DNA of 64,000 bases from Myxococcales bacterium (GTDB taxonomy: Bacteria; Desulfobacterota; Binatia; HRBIN30): NCBI GenBank assembly GCA_037445065.1, contig JBBILD010000015.1, forward strand, positions 27,575-91,574, given 5' to 3'. Each line of letters begins with the position of its first letter. The first letter of the stretch is position 1. Position numbers and translations under genes: made by a program. This document shows positions 1-10,175 of this stretch, piece after piece. Under the pieces are notes generated by a model that worked only from the letters and a program-made list of their open reading frames with translations, had not been told where the DNA came from and searched no databases.

Positions 1-5
1 AAGGT

Positions 6-338
6 TCATCGAGCGTTACGCCCGAGCACTTGCAAGACCCAAGCGAGATATGGCGGTGAACCTTCTTGTACGGGAAGCGCGAGGACCTCGGGAACTTGAT
101 ACGAGTGGTGATGCTCGACAAAGTCGCGCAGCGCTGCGAAGTGGGCGCGGCTGGTTTTGGCAATCAGCAGCCACTCCTCGGAGCGTTCCGTTTTTCCTTC
201 CCATTCGTAAATCGAACGAATGGGTCCGGCCACGTTCACGCAGGCGGCAAGCCGCTGCTCGACAAGCTGGGAAGCGAGCCGTTCCGCTTCCTCGCGGTTG
301 GGTGCGGTCACCAACACCACAACGACCTCTGCGCTCAT
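6..338 (-). CDS. cutA: Divalent-cation tolerance protein CutA
   Basis: 110 aa with the CutA motifs LAACVN, SIYEWEG and HSYQVPE; overlaps the upstream stop by 4 nt. Confidence 0.93.
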   Translation of the reverse strand: MSAEVVVVLVTAPNREEAERLASQLVEQRLAACVNVAGPIRSIYEWEGKTERSEEWLLIAKTSRAHFAALRDFVEHHHSYQVPEVLALPVQEGSPPYLAWVLQVLGRNAR

Positions 339-1402
339 GCGCTAGCCTCCGTTTCTTCGTGCCGCCGCTTCCAAGCGACCACCAAGGCACGGTAATCAAT
401 GACCGGTTCGTGCAGCGGGTGGGGCAGCACGACGCGCGGCGCTTGCCGCTTGCCCGTCACCCGCTCGCGCAGCCAGCCGATCAAGCGCTCGGGTAGTGGG
501 CGCCGACTAGCCACGAGCAGGCCGGCACGAGCGAGACAGCGTTCGATCTCCGCCCGTACGGCCTGATGCAAGTGACCGCGCCGCTCGATGTCGGCGAGCG
601 AGTTGCAGAGCCGGCGGGGCTGGTAGGCGGCCTCTTCGAGCAGCGCCTTGGCAACCGCCTCCACTCCGGCCAGGTCGAGATGGCCATCTTGGTACAAGCA
701 GCACGCAGTCTGGAAGTAATTGAACGTGGGAACCATGCGCGCGCCAAACGGTTGGAAGAGCGCAGGCGGGGTGCGGCGTTCGAGATTGATGTAAATCCGC
801 TCGACCGCGTCTGCCTTCGGGACCGCGGCGGCGAGTTCCACAGCCGTCTCGATCAGCTCCGGATCCACGCCGATTGCCGAGAGGATCTCCGGCAGCTCTT
901 CGCTGCGCACGCGCCCGCCCAGGATGTCCGCGTACAGCGAGTAAATGACGGGATCGGACTCCCAGTCGTCGCCGAACAAGATTTCCTGCGCTTCAACCGG
1001 TTCTTGCGGGCGTTGGCGCAAAAGTTGCGTGAGCTTGTACCCGACTTGCTCGCGCAAATTGCGGAAGCGGCCGCGCATGATGTTTTGCAACTGGTTCTTA
1101 AAAGTGATGCCGTCGTACTCGATTCCATCGAGGGCGAGCTTTTCCTTGATTGCGCGCGCAATTTGCGGCGGGCTGGCGGAGATAAAGTACACACGCACCG
1201 GGCGCTTTTGCTCCTGCGCTACGCGCCGCAAGTGGCGAATGAGCGGCACCACGCCCGGTACCGCCACCTTGTCCTCCGGTTTCTCGAAGGGGATGGTGAC
1301 CAGGCCGCGCAGGGTGTGGAAGTCGCTTTTCAGGTAGGTCTTGTCCAAGTCCCAGCGCAGCACCAGTGGATGGTGCGACAAAAGAGCTTTTCCTCTCGCC
1401 AC
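335..1402 (-). CDS. HAD-superfamily (App1-like) phosphatase domain protein
   Basis: WDLDKT (motif I DxDxT), ISASP (motif II), GYK (motif III), FGDD (motif IV); 3 nt downstream of the plsX stop. Confidence 0.7.
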   Translation of the reverse strand: MARGKALLSHHPLVLRWDLDKTYLKSDFHTLRGLVTIPFEKPEDKVAVPGVVPLIRHLRRVAQEQKRPVRVYFISASPPQIARAIKEKLALDGIEYDGITFKNQLQNIMRGRFRNLREQVGYKLTQLLRQRPQEPVEAQEILFGDDWESDPVIYSLYADILGGRVRSEELPEILSAIGVDPELIETAVELAAAVPKADAVERIYINLERRTPPALFQPFGARMVPTFNYFQTACCLYQDGHLDLAGVEAVAKALLEEAAYQPRRLCNSLADIERRGHLHQAVRAEIERCLARAGLLVASRRPLPERLIGWLRERVTGKRQAPRVVLPHPLHEPVIDYRALVVAWKRRHEETEASA

Positions 1403-1405
1403 AGC

Positions 1406-2416
1406 TTACTGCTCCACCAGCGCTCGGATCTCGCGTACCACGTCATCGCGCACCCCTTTGGCTGCTACCTTGACCGCATTGGCAATGGCGCCTGCACTGG
1501 AGCGGCCGTGCGCTTTGATGGCGAGATGTTCAAAGCCAAGGATCGGCGCGCCACCGTACTTGGTGTAATCGGTGAGTTCGCGCAGGCGCGCGATCCCACT
1601 CTCCATTACCCGAAGGCCGAGTTTATACCGCCAGCTCTCGCGCGCGGCTCCGCCAGCCATTTCGGCAAGCAACTCCGCGAGACCCTCGAGCAACTTGAGT
1701 ACGATGTTCCCGACGAAGCCTTCGCACACGATTACGTCGGCCTTGCCTTTGACCAGCTCGTGTCCCTCCACGTTGCCTGTGAAGTTGATGCCAGGCAAGT
1801 GCTGCAAGCGGAGGAATGCTTCCACCAGCGTGTCGCCCCCTTTGTTTTCTTCGCTGCCCATGTTCAGCAGCGCCACTCGGGGGCTCGGCACTTTGGAAAT
1901 GCGCTTGGCGTACGCACTGCCCATCAGCGCAAATTGCACGAGTTCGGTTGCACCGCAGCGCACGGTGGCCCCGACGTCGAGTAAGAGGGCGAAGCGGTCT
2001 TGCCCCGGGTACTCTGTCTGCCGCGGGTATACCGAGGCCAGGGCCGCACGGCGGATTCCAGGCAAGGTGCGAAAGAAGCGCGCACAGGCGAGCACCGCCG
2101 CTCCCGTGTTTCCAGCAGTGACCAACGCATCCGCCTCGCCTTTGGCTACCAACTCCGCGGCCACACACACAGACGCCCTCGATTTGTTGCGGATGGCGGC
2201 GTGCGGCTCCTCCGCCATGCCGATCGCCTCCGGCGCATGGTGGATTTGCAGCGTCTCTGGCCGGTACTCCTGGCGTTCGAGCAGCGGCTGGATTTGCTTT
2301 TGATCCCCTACAAGCACGAGTTCGATCTCGGTCTCGCGGGAAATTTGCGCCGCGGCCTTTACCGCCTCGAACGGCGCAAAGTCGCCTCCCATGGCATCCA
2401 GCGCGATCGTCGGCAT
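1406..2416 (-). CDS. plsX: Phosphate acyltransferase PlsX
   Basis: Starts MPTIALDAMGGDFAP after an AAGGAGGT RBS; motifs AGNTGA, LLDVGA, YGGAPILG, KAHGRS. Confidence 0.93.
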   Translation of the reverse strand: MPTIALDAMGGDFAPFEAVKAAAQISRETEIELVLVGDQKQIQPLLERQEYRPETLQIHHAPEAIGMAEEPHAAIRNKSRASVCVAAELVAKGEADALVTAGNTGAAVLACARFFRTLPGIRRAALASVYPRQTEYPGQDRFALLLDVGATVRCGATELVQFALMGSAYAKRISKVPSPRVALLNMGSEENKGGDTLVEAFLRLQHLPGINFTGNVEGHELVKGKADVIVCEGFVGNIVLKLLEGLAELLAEMAGGAARESWRYKLGLRVMESGIARLRELTDYTKYGGAPILGFEHLAIKAHGRSSAGAIANAVKVAAKGVRDDVVREIRALVEQ

Positions 2417-3264
2417 GGCAACCTCCTTTAGCAAAAGCGCAAGGGCCACCGGCCTCCTCTTGAAGAACCGGTGCACAAGGGCCCGCACCCCGATCCTGCT
2501 CGTCGCGAGGGCGAAAGGGCGAACCGCAAATCGCGCGCGGCATGATTCTCTGGTCAACCCCCAAGCGGGATTTGCAAACGGCCCCAAACATCGGAGCGGT
2601 TGCGGGGGCGGTTGCGGGGAGAGCTGTACATTTGACCCTCATCGAAGGTGATGGTTGGCGATGTTCGGGAACGCTTAGGGAGTAGAAGCTCGCTTTGCCG
2701 GGGCACCCACCTTGACGAGCCGGCGGACGTACGCGCGGCGGTGCATGGTTCCGTTGCCGGGGACCATATCGCCAGAGCCCTGAAGAGCGGGGTTCTCGGG
2801 ACGTGTCGGGAGGACGTTCTGGGATACCCACTGTGCGATCACGTCCGCGCGGCGGGCCGGGCTGCTGCCCGCGGTCAGAACAGCGAGCGACCAGAAGCGA
2901 GCGACGATTCATCAGCGGCAAAGGGCGGATGGTGGGTTTCGAGCGGATACGAAGGCTGCCAGTGCGCCCTAGCGTTCCCGCCACCACGCGACCACCTCGC
3001 ATCCATGTGCTCCGTGGGACACCCGATGTTTCCCCTGGCACGAGGGATGGCAGATTGTGGTCGTGTGGCCGACCACTGCCCCTGATCCAGTCGAGGGCAC
3101 GCATGTGGTTTTCCGGCTCCGGATCGGGGTGATGTCCCGGTGCTCCGGGTGGATTCGCCTGATGGCAAGGATGCTCCGCAGGACCTCGGATGGAGAATCT
3201 TCTGATGGCGATGCCGGAGCGCTGCGGGTGCGTCGAGCAGACTGGACAGTGGGACAGAAGCGAG

Positions 3265-4731
3265 TCAGGGTATCGCGTCGCTAAGGCGGATCGCTGGCCA
3301 CTTGTCCGCGAGCCTTCCCTGCCAGCGGAACGGGAAGCGCACGCCCTGGGTCCCCGAGACTGCGGCTTCCGCGCAGGGCGGTAAGGATGCAGCCGCCTTG
3401 CAGAACGCGTGAACCAGCGGTTCATCGAGGCGCAGTTCGAGCTGTAAATCCACCTCGGCCGGGGCAACAGTCCAGCGGCCGCTGCCAGTCAAGGCAAAGC
3501 CCGGGCCTGTGGCCGAACCGTGCTGCAATCGTACGCCGCCGTCTTCGAGTTCCCAGCTAGCCTCGGCGCGGCGCACGTAGGAACGGGCGCGGACAAGGAG
3601 TTCGGGGAAGGCGTAGCGGAGTTCGTCCGGCAAGGCCGGCACTTGCGGATCGCGTGCGCGCAAAGCAGTGAGGAGGAGCCCGTAAAGCACATTCGTCTGG
3701 CCGACGCGCAGTTCTTCCACCGACAAGGTGCCGTTCCCTTGCGCCTCATCGAGGGGAAAGCTGCCACGCTCTCCCTGGCGAAGGGGAGCGACCGGAATCC
3801 GCAGGTTGCCGCGAAGGGACACTCTGCCGGTGACCAGCCCGCGGAAGTCGAGAAAGAAGTCGTTCACGAGTGGGGCAAGCTGGGCGTGTTCGAGGGCGAA
3901 GGCCAATTCCGCGACGCCATGCGGCTCCGCGGCCGCTTCAGGGGGCCGATGTGCCACGCGCACCGACAAGTTTGCGCCAGCGATGCGGCCAGAACCGGAG
4001 GCAGAGCGAAGCATGCCGTTGCGGAGGAATTCCAGCTCGAGCGGAGCGAGTTCCAGCAAGACGTCTTCTCCCAACAAAGCGGCTCCCCGGACGGTGAGAA
4101 GGAACTGGCCGCTTGTCAGCTCATCCCAGGTCGCGCTGAGATCGAAGCGCCGCTCTTGCTCGCCGTGTACCCCGGTCGCACGGAAGCGCAGGCTCGCAGG
4201 AGGTCGCTGTTCCCACTCGGTGCGAGAGAGTCGCACGAGCCGCTGGGGGGCGGCGCCTGGGGGAACCCGGGTGAGGGCGGCTCCCTCGATGGACCCCGCT
4301 GTGAGCCATGCGGGAAGTGCCCCATGATGCGCGAAAGCGAAGGCGAGTGCCTGGCCAGCCCAGGTCCAAACGCGCGCCGCGTCGTCTTCTACGTCGGAGT
4401 GGGGTTGCCACTCGACGTGCAGGTCGTTCAGCGTGGCCCGCAAGGACGCCTGGTGGCGGCGCAGGGAAGCCCAGGGATCGAGGGATAGCCGCGCCGCGGC
4501 CAGGTGGATCCCCATCCGTCCCGTACCATTCGGGAAGTCGGTGGCTAACCGTTCGATGCGCAGGTGTGGCCAGGGAAAGGCAACGAGAGCCAGCTCCGCG
4601 GTCACGCCGTGCGCGTGCAGCCAGGCACGAAGATCCGCGGCAGTGGCACGCAGCCAATGCATCGTGGCGACAGCGGTTGCACTGGCTGCCAGAGCCAGCA
4701 GCACGGCGGCGAGCAGGGTAAGCTTGCGCAT
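3265..4731 (-). CDS. AsmA-like membrane-anchored envelope protein
   Basis: N-terminal hydrophobic anchor MRKLTLLAAVLLALA, beta-rich body, C-terminal 'GSGRWT..VDLQLELRL..FPFRWQGRL' resembling the AsmA C-terminus; alternative start at 4752. Confidence 0.5.
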   Translation of the reverse strand: MRKLTLLAAVLLALAASATAVATMHWLRATAADLRAWLHAHGVTAELALVAFPWPHLRIERLATDFPNGTGRMGIHLAAARLSLDPWASLRRHQASLRATLNDLHVEWQPHSDVEDDAARVWTWAGQALAFAFAHHGALPAWLTAGSIEGAALTRVPPGAAPQRLVRLSRTEWEQRPPASLRFRATGVHGEQERRFDLSATWDELTSGQFLLTVRGAALLGEDVLLELAPLELEFLRNGMLRSASGSGRIAGANLSVRVAHRPPEAAAEPHGVAELAFALEHAQLAPLVNDFFLDFRGLVTGRVSLRGNLRIPVAPLRQGERGSFPLDEAQGNGTLSVEELRVGQTNVLYGLLLTALRARDPQVPALPDELRYAFPELLVRARSYVRRAEASWELEDGGVRLQHGSATGPGFALTGSGRWTVAPAEVDLQLELRLDEPLVHAFCKAAASLPPCAEAAVSGTQGVRFPFRWQGRLADKWPAIRLSDAIP

Positions 4732-4822
4732 TGCCGGAAATTGGGGCTTCATGCTGGCGAAGGCGCCGGTGCCGTGCAAGGGATCGCGGCCCGACCCAAC
4801 ACAGGCAGGAGGCCAACCAGCG

Positions 4823-5623
4823 ATGAAGTACGAGCACATCGAAGTCACGCGAGAAGGATGGATTGTGACCCTGAAGCTCAATCGTCCCGAGACCCGCAAT
4901 TCCATGACCCCGGCGATGGGCGATGAGATTGCGCACGCGGTAAGCGAACTCAAAAAAGACGCGGCCGTGCGGGTGGTCGTTGTACGCGGCGCAGGAAAAG
5001 CCTTTAGTTCGGGCGGCGATCTGGGGATGCTGGCTCGTGACACTGGGCTAGTAGCTGGGGGCGAGGGGCCAACGATGGCCGGCTCGCCACGCGACTTTTA
5101 CACCCGCTTCCTGTCCATCACGGAACTTCCCGTGCCAACGATTGCCGCAATCAATGGTCACGCCATCGGGGCAGGCCTGTGCTTGGCTTTGGCCTGCGAC
5201 CTCCGGATCGCAGTGCGCAGCGCCAAAATGGGGCTCACCTTTACCCGCTTGGGAATCCATCCGGGCATGGGTGCCACGTACTTTCTCCCGCGCTTGGTCG
5301 GCACCTCGCGCGCCTGCGACTTACTGTTTACCGGGCGCGTGTTTGGCGCGGAGGAAGCGGAGCGGCTCGGGATTGTCAACCGCGTGGCTCATGAGGACGA
5401 GTTCGAGGCTGCCACGCGTGCTTGGGCGCAGGAAATTGCATCTGCGGGCCCAATTGCAGTACGGTTGGTGAAACGAGCGATTTATCGGGGGGTCCACCAT
5501 TCGTTAGCGGAGATGTTAGACTTCGAGTCGTTGCAGCAAAGCTGGACCTTTACCACGGAAGATGCCCGCGAGGGCCTGCGGGCGATGATGGAAAAACGGC
5601 AGCCCCAGTTCACGGGCAAGTAG
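4823..5623 (+). CDS. Enoyl-CoA hydratase/isomerase family protein
   Basis: AGGAGG RBS; FSSGGDL, PTIAAINGHAIGAG, LACDLR, AEEAERLGIV crotonase motifs. Confidence 0.92.
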   Translation: MKYEHIEVTREGWIVTLKLNRPETRNSMTPAMGDEIAHAVSELKKDAAVRVVVVRGAGKAFSSGGDLGMLARDTGLVAGGEGPTMAGSPRDFYTRFLSITELPVPTIAAINGHAIGAGLCLALACDLRIAVRSAKMGLTFTRLGIHPGMGATYFLPRLVGTSRACDLLFTGRVFGAEEAERLGIVNRVAHEDEFEAATRAWAQEIASAGPIAVRLVKRAIYRGVHHSLAEMLDFESLQQSWTFTTEDAREGLRAMMEKRQPQFTGK

Positions 5624-5632
5624 GAGGCACGC

Positions 5633-6430
5633 GTGGCAAGAGGAGAGGCGGGCAAGAAGAGGGCGTTGGTCACCGGAGCATCGGCCGGGATCGGCCAGGC
5701 ATTCGCGCGGCGGCTTGCGCGTGATGGCTATGACCTCATTTTGGTGGCGCGCGATCAAGCGCGGCTGCAGGAACTCGCTCGCGAATTGGAAAGCGGGCGC
5801 GGGATCACGGCTGAGGTGCTGGTGGCGGACCTGACCAAACCCGAACCGCGCAAGCGGGTAGAGCAGCGCATTGCCGAATCGCACTTGAGTTTGCTGGTGA
5901 ACAACGCTGGCTTCGGTACCGTAGGCCCCTTCTACCGCCTGGACCCAGATCGGGAAGAAGAGGAGATTCGGCTCAATGTGATCGCGCTCGTGCGCCTGGC
6001 TCGCGCAGCGCTGCCGGGAATGCTGGAACGGAACCACGGCGCGATCATCAATGTGTCTTCGGTAGCGGCATTTCAGCCAACACCGTTCAACGCCACCTAT
6101 GGAGCGACCAAGGCATTCGTGAACAGCTTTACTGAAGCACTGGCGGAGGAGATCCGCGGGAGCCAGGTGCGACTCCAGGCGCTGTGCCCCGGGTTTACCC
6201 GCACTGAGTTCCAAAAGCGTGCGGGGATTCGCGAGGTGCGGGTGCCTTCCTTCGCATGGATGACCCCAGAGGAGGTGGTAGACGCCTCGCTCGCTGCACT
6301 GCAAAGGGGGCAGCTGATTTGCGTGCCGGGGTGGTCGTACAAAGCGCTCACGCACGTGACCGGGTGGGCACCCCGCGCTTTGGTGCGGCGGATCAGCGGT
6401 GCGTTGGGGCGGTCGTTCGGTCAGGAGTGA
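5633..6430 (+). CDS. Short-chain dehydrogenase/reductase
   Basis: TGASAGIG, NNAG, YGATK (YxxxK) motifs; AGGAGG RBS. Confidence 0.93.
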   Translation: MARGEAGKKRALVTGASAGIGQAFARRLARDGYDLILVARDQARLQELARELESGRGITAEVLVADLTKPEPRKRVEQRIAESHLSLLVNNAGFGTVGPFYRLDPDREEEEIRLNVIALVRLARAALPGMLERNHGAIINVSSVAAFQPTPFNATYGATKAFVNSFTEALAEEIRGSQVRLQALCPGFTRTEFQKRAGIREVRVPSFAWMTPEEVVDASLAALQRGQLICVPGWSYKALTHVTGWAPRALVRRISGALGRSFGQE

Positions 6431-6973
6431 GCCGCGGCAACACGAAGCCGAGCGACCCTCCTCTCGCTGTGGGGGCAGGGGCGAGAGGAGGGTTGAAGGC
6501 GAAACGCCTTCTCGCTCGGACAACTGGCCACAAACTCATCAGGCTCGTGCAGAGGAGTGGCGGCAGAATCACACGGCCCGCGCGCGGCAAGATACAAGCA
6601 GGGCCACCTTCTTACCGGTTGTACGGTTGTAGTCGACCCTCTCATTCGGCTGCCGCTCTGTTCAGTTTCCTCCACCACCACTCCCGCGACCTCACACCGG
6701 CGCCGGCACCTGGTTACCTTTACCGAGCGCACACTTGCGCTCGGAGAAACCAGCGGCGGACCGCCTTCACTGCGCCGCTTGTACCCCTGCCGCCACCCGA
6801 ACGCAAGCGCGGGGAGCAACGAGCGTGGCATTTCGAGAACAGATGGCGAATAGTTTGGTTGCCGAACGGGTCTCGACTCAAAGTGAAGCTGGGTCCTCCG
6901 TGGCGGGAACCAGCTTAGTATAACGCAAGTAGCGTGGACGATGTGGCGATGCGCGGTGTCGTAGGACTCAAGC

Positions 6974-9388
6974 ATGAGCGGAAAGAGGATTTGGCTGGCG
7001 AGCGAAGGCGGGTATTTTGGCGAGTGGGCAACCGACGCTTTTGGCCTCCCCTGTTTTGACGTGCGGGTGCAAACCGGTCGGGGCGAGCTGGTTTTGCCCG
7101 ACCGCGATGCGCGCCGGATGTGGCATCAGGTGGGAAACGACCGGGTAACGGCGATCGCGCACGTGGGCGGGTGGACCAATGTGTACTTTGCTGACCGTGG
7201 CTTTGCGCGCTGGGGAGGCGCCCGCCCCGAGCGACGGGAGCAGCTTGGAGGCATGTGGCGGTGTGTGTCGGGTTCGAACCGCTGGGATTGTCTCTCTCCG
7301 ACCTCCGAGGTGCAAACGCGATGGGGGATGGGCTACGCGGAGTGGAACGTGCGTGCTGGTCCCTTCGAGGTCCGGCGGCAGGTTTGGGCACCGTTTGGTG
7401 ACCTGCCCGCCGTGTGTGTGGATGTCGAGGTCGGTGCTTTGGCGAGCGGAAGCTACGAAGAACGCTGGCCGCTCCATTGGTATCCGCTCTTCCTCGGCTT
7501 GCTCATGAGCCGCTGGACACCACCTCCGCCCCATCACAACGCCAGCAAGCGATGGTTGTGGCGGGCTATGTTCGCGGCTTCGAGTGCGATGCGCTGGGGG
7601 ACGGAGCGCCTGCGCCAGGCGCTCGCCCGGCGGCTCGAGGTGCGTGTCCTGCCTTTGGACGAACTCAGCGCGCCAGGGCTAATGGCAGTATTCCTCTACC
7701 GTGGCCCCTTTCGGCCGCGTTCGCCAGAGGCGCCTTCGTTTTTGGATGGTTTCCCCAAGTCCCTCTTCCTTCTTGTGTTGTCCGGGCGAGCCCGTCTGAG
7801 CAACGCTGCTGCACCCCCAGCGTTCGTGGCCGAGGCGACTCTCGAAAAAGGCCACACGGACCGCTTTCGTTTTGCCCTTGGTTGTGGGGAGAGGGCGGCG
7901 ATCGGTGAACTCGTAGCCGAGCTCGGCAAGGCGAGCTTGGAGAGCACGGCTGCACGTTGGAAAGAGCAGCTTCAGGTCGTGCTGCCGGAAGCCCCTTGGC
8001 TCGCGCGCGAACTCGAGTGGCACGGATACTATTTGCGCAGCGCCCAAGTGCGAGACGACTACTTTGAGGCCACCGTGCTGCCACAGGGCTCCGCCTACGG
8101 TTTTGTGCACGGCTTGCACGGAGCGATCCGCGATTCTGCCATTGCCACAGTGCCGCTGATCTTTCTCCACCCTGCTAGTGCTCGGGACAACTTGCGGCTC
8201 ATGATGCGCATGACCGCCCCGGACGGCAGCATGTTCTACGGCTACACCGGATACGGGAAGTGCGTCTCCGTGGGAGTGCACAAGGCGCCTACGGATCTGC
8301 CGCTGTTTTTCTTGTGGGCGCTGAGCGAGTACGTGTGGGCCACCGGAGATCATGCCTTCCTGGAAGAATTGGTGCCGTTCTATCCAAAGCACCTGCAGGC
8401 CGTCTCGACCGTCCGCGAGCGGGTGCGGCTGGCGTGGCGTTACGTGCGCGATCGCGTGGGTTGTGGCGAGCACGGGATGCTCCGTGTCGGCAGTGGCGAC
8501 TGGAGCGACCCGATCTCGATGATGGTACGAAACCGCTTCGCGTTCCGAAGGCGCGGCGAGTCTGGGTTCAACACCGCGATGGCCTTGTATGTGCTGCCGC
8601 GCGCCGCAGACTTACTAACGCCGACAGATCCGCAGGAAGCGGAAGAAATCCGCGCCTTTGTGGAGAGACTGCGCGCGGCCATGGAACGCGCGTGGACGGG
8701 ACGCTGGTTCCTGCGCGGTTGGGATGGTCAAGGCCGCCCGCTCGGCGAAGAACATTTGTTCCTGGATGCGAACGTGTGGGCGCTGATTGCGAAGGTGGGC
8801 GATGCGCGGCAGCGCTCGCTGCTAGTTGCCCACATTCACGAGAAGCTGGACGAACCCTCGCCCATCGGAGCGTGGATTCTGGACCGGCCCCACCCTGTGC
8901 GCGGCGGGGCGCTCCCCGAGGGGTGGGATTGCAACGGCGGGGTTTGGGCAGCAATCAACGGGCTTCTCACGTGGGCGTACGCGTTGCACGATGTGGAGTT
9001 GGCCTGGCGCAGCTTGCAAAAGCAGTCGCTCGCTTGCCACGCCCGCACGTACCCTCACGTTTGGTACGGCATCTGGAGCGGCCCGGATGCATACAATGCG
9101 GACTACGCCCACCGGCCCGGAGAAACCTTTGTGCATCCGGCCACACCGATGGCGGAGTTCCCGGTGATGAACTCCAATGCGCACGCGGCTCCCTTGCTCG
9201 CCCTCTTGCGCCTTGTCGGGATCGAGACCGGGCCGGACGGGATTCGCATTCAGCCGCGTCTGGTCGGTCGCGGAGCCTGGTCTTTGCGCACGCCGCTGCT
9301 GCAAGTGGAGTGGGATGGCTCTGAACTGCGAACCTTTACCGCGTCCATTGCTGGGCTTGCCGTGCACCCTCCGGAACGAGGGGCGTAG
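6974..9388 (+). CDS. GH94/GH36-type glycoside phosphorylase-like protein
   Basis: 804 aa; GAIRD, GDWSD (compare DWND in cellobiose phosphorylase), WTGRWFLRGW, NGGVW motifs. Confidence 0.7.
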   Translation: MSGKRIWLASEGGYFGEWATDAFGLPCFDVRVQTGRGELVLPDRDARRMWHQVGNDRVTAIAHVGGWTNVYFADRGFARWGGARPERREQLGGMWRCVSGSNRWDCLSPTSEVQTRWGMGYAEWNVRAGPFEVRRQVWAPFGDLPAVCVDVEVGALASGSYEERWPLHWYPLFLGLLMSRWTPPPPHHNASKRWLWRAMFAASSAMRWGTERLRQALARRLEVRVLPLDELSAPGLMAVFLYRGPFRPRSPEAPSFLDGFPKSLFLLVLSGRARLSNAAAPPAFVAEATLEKGHTDRFRFALGCGERAAIGELVAELGKASLESTAARWKEQLQVVLPEAPWLARELEWHGYYLRSAQVRDDYFEATVLPQGSAYGFVHGLHGAIRDSAIATVPLIFLHPASARDNLRLMMRMTAPDGSMFYGYTGYGKCVSVGVHKAPTDLPLFFLWALSEYVWATGDHAFLEELVPFYPKHLQAVSTVRERVRLAWRYVRDRVGCGEHGMLRVGSGDWSDPISMMVRNRFAFRRRGESGFNTAMALYVLPRAADLLTPTDPQEAEEIRAFVERLRAAMERAWTGRWFLRGWDGQGRPLGEEHLFLDANVWALIAKVGDARQRSLLVAHIHEKLDEPSPIGAWILDRPHPVRGGALPEGWDCNGGVWAAINGLLTWAYALHDVELAWRSLQKQSLACHARTYPHVWYGIWSGPDAYNADYAHRPGETFVHPATPMAEFPVMNSNAHAAPLLALLRLVGIETGPDGIRIQPRLVGRGAWSLRTPLLQVEWDGSELRTFTASIAGLAVHPPERGA

Positions 9389-10175
9389 CGGAGCGGCACC
9401 TGCGGGACGCGTGAAGCGAGTTGCGAGAAAGGCGGAAGGTCTTCAACGAGACTTCCTCAGCGGGTGGGAAAAAGGACCGTACACGGCCTCCGCCTATCGA
9501 ACCACGACACGTCTTTGCTGGGCAGCCACGTTCGACGGATGAGGCTGGTCTGCCGGAACGGGTCTGTGTCGGCGACTGACTCCAAGCAGCGTTTGCACGG
9601 ATTGGGGTCCAGGTCAGCCGCGGTTGGGGCAAGAAACCCACCGCTGCCTTAGCTGCAACGTGTGTGCGCACGCACTCGCGCCTATCGTTTTCAGGCCCGG
9701 TGGGCACTTGCCATTGTTCCTAGTGAGAGGCTTTGAGGACACTCGAGAACTCGGGCTCGGAAACTTACGCTTTTGACTCCGGTGGATTGGAGGGAGACCC
9801 GGCGGGCTCACCTCCGGTTCCGCTGATTGATGCGCAACGGGGTCTTAAGTTGAGTGCCCTGGGAACTTCACTGCCGAGGCGCGTTCCTCTCGCTTGTGCC
9901 GGCGACTTCGGGGGCAAAGCTGTGACGGGGTGGAGCGGGGAGCCTGGCGCGATCGCAACGATGGCAACAAGAACGTGTGACAGACGGGGTGCGTTGCGAG
10001 TAGGGAGGTTTCACAGAGTGTATCGTCCGCGAGATCCCCGTGGGTTCGAGATCCATTTCGTGGACTTGAGGATTCGCAAGCCTGCATTGTGCGAGACATC
10101 GGGATAAGGGAGGCGCAGTCCTGGTGCAGGCAACCATTCTCGTAGGGTGCGCGCTTGCGAGAGGAGAAAGGCACC

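Noticed and set aside
566..3467. Long alternative ORFs 566-1984 (+) and 1623-3467 (-), and similar long overlapping ORFs across the window
   Set aside because: They are shadow frames of well-supported genes, expected at this GC content.
10030..10070. GGTTCGA as a tRNA T-loop
   Set aside because: No cloverleaf or acceptor stem can be built around it.
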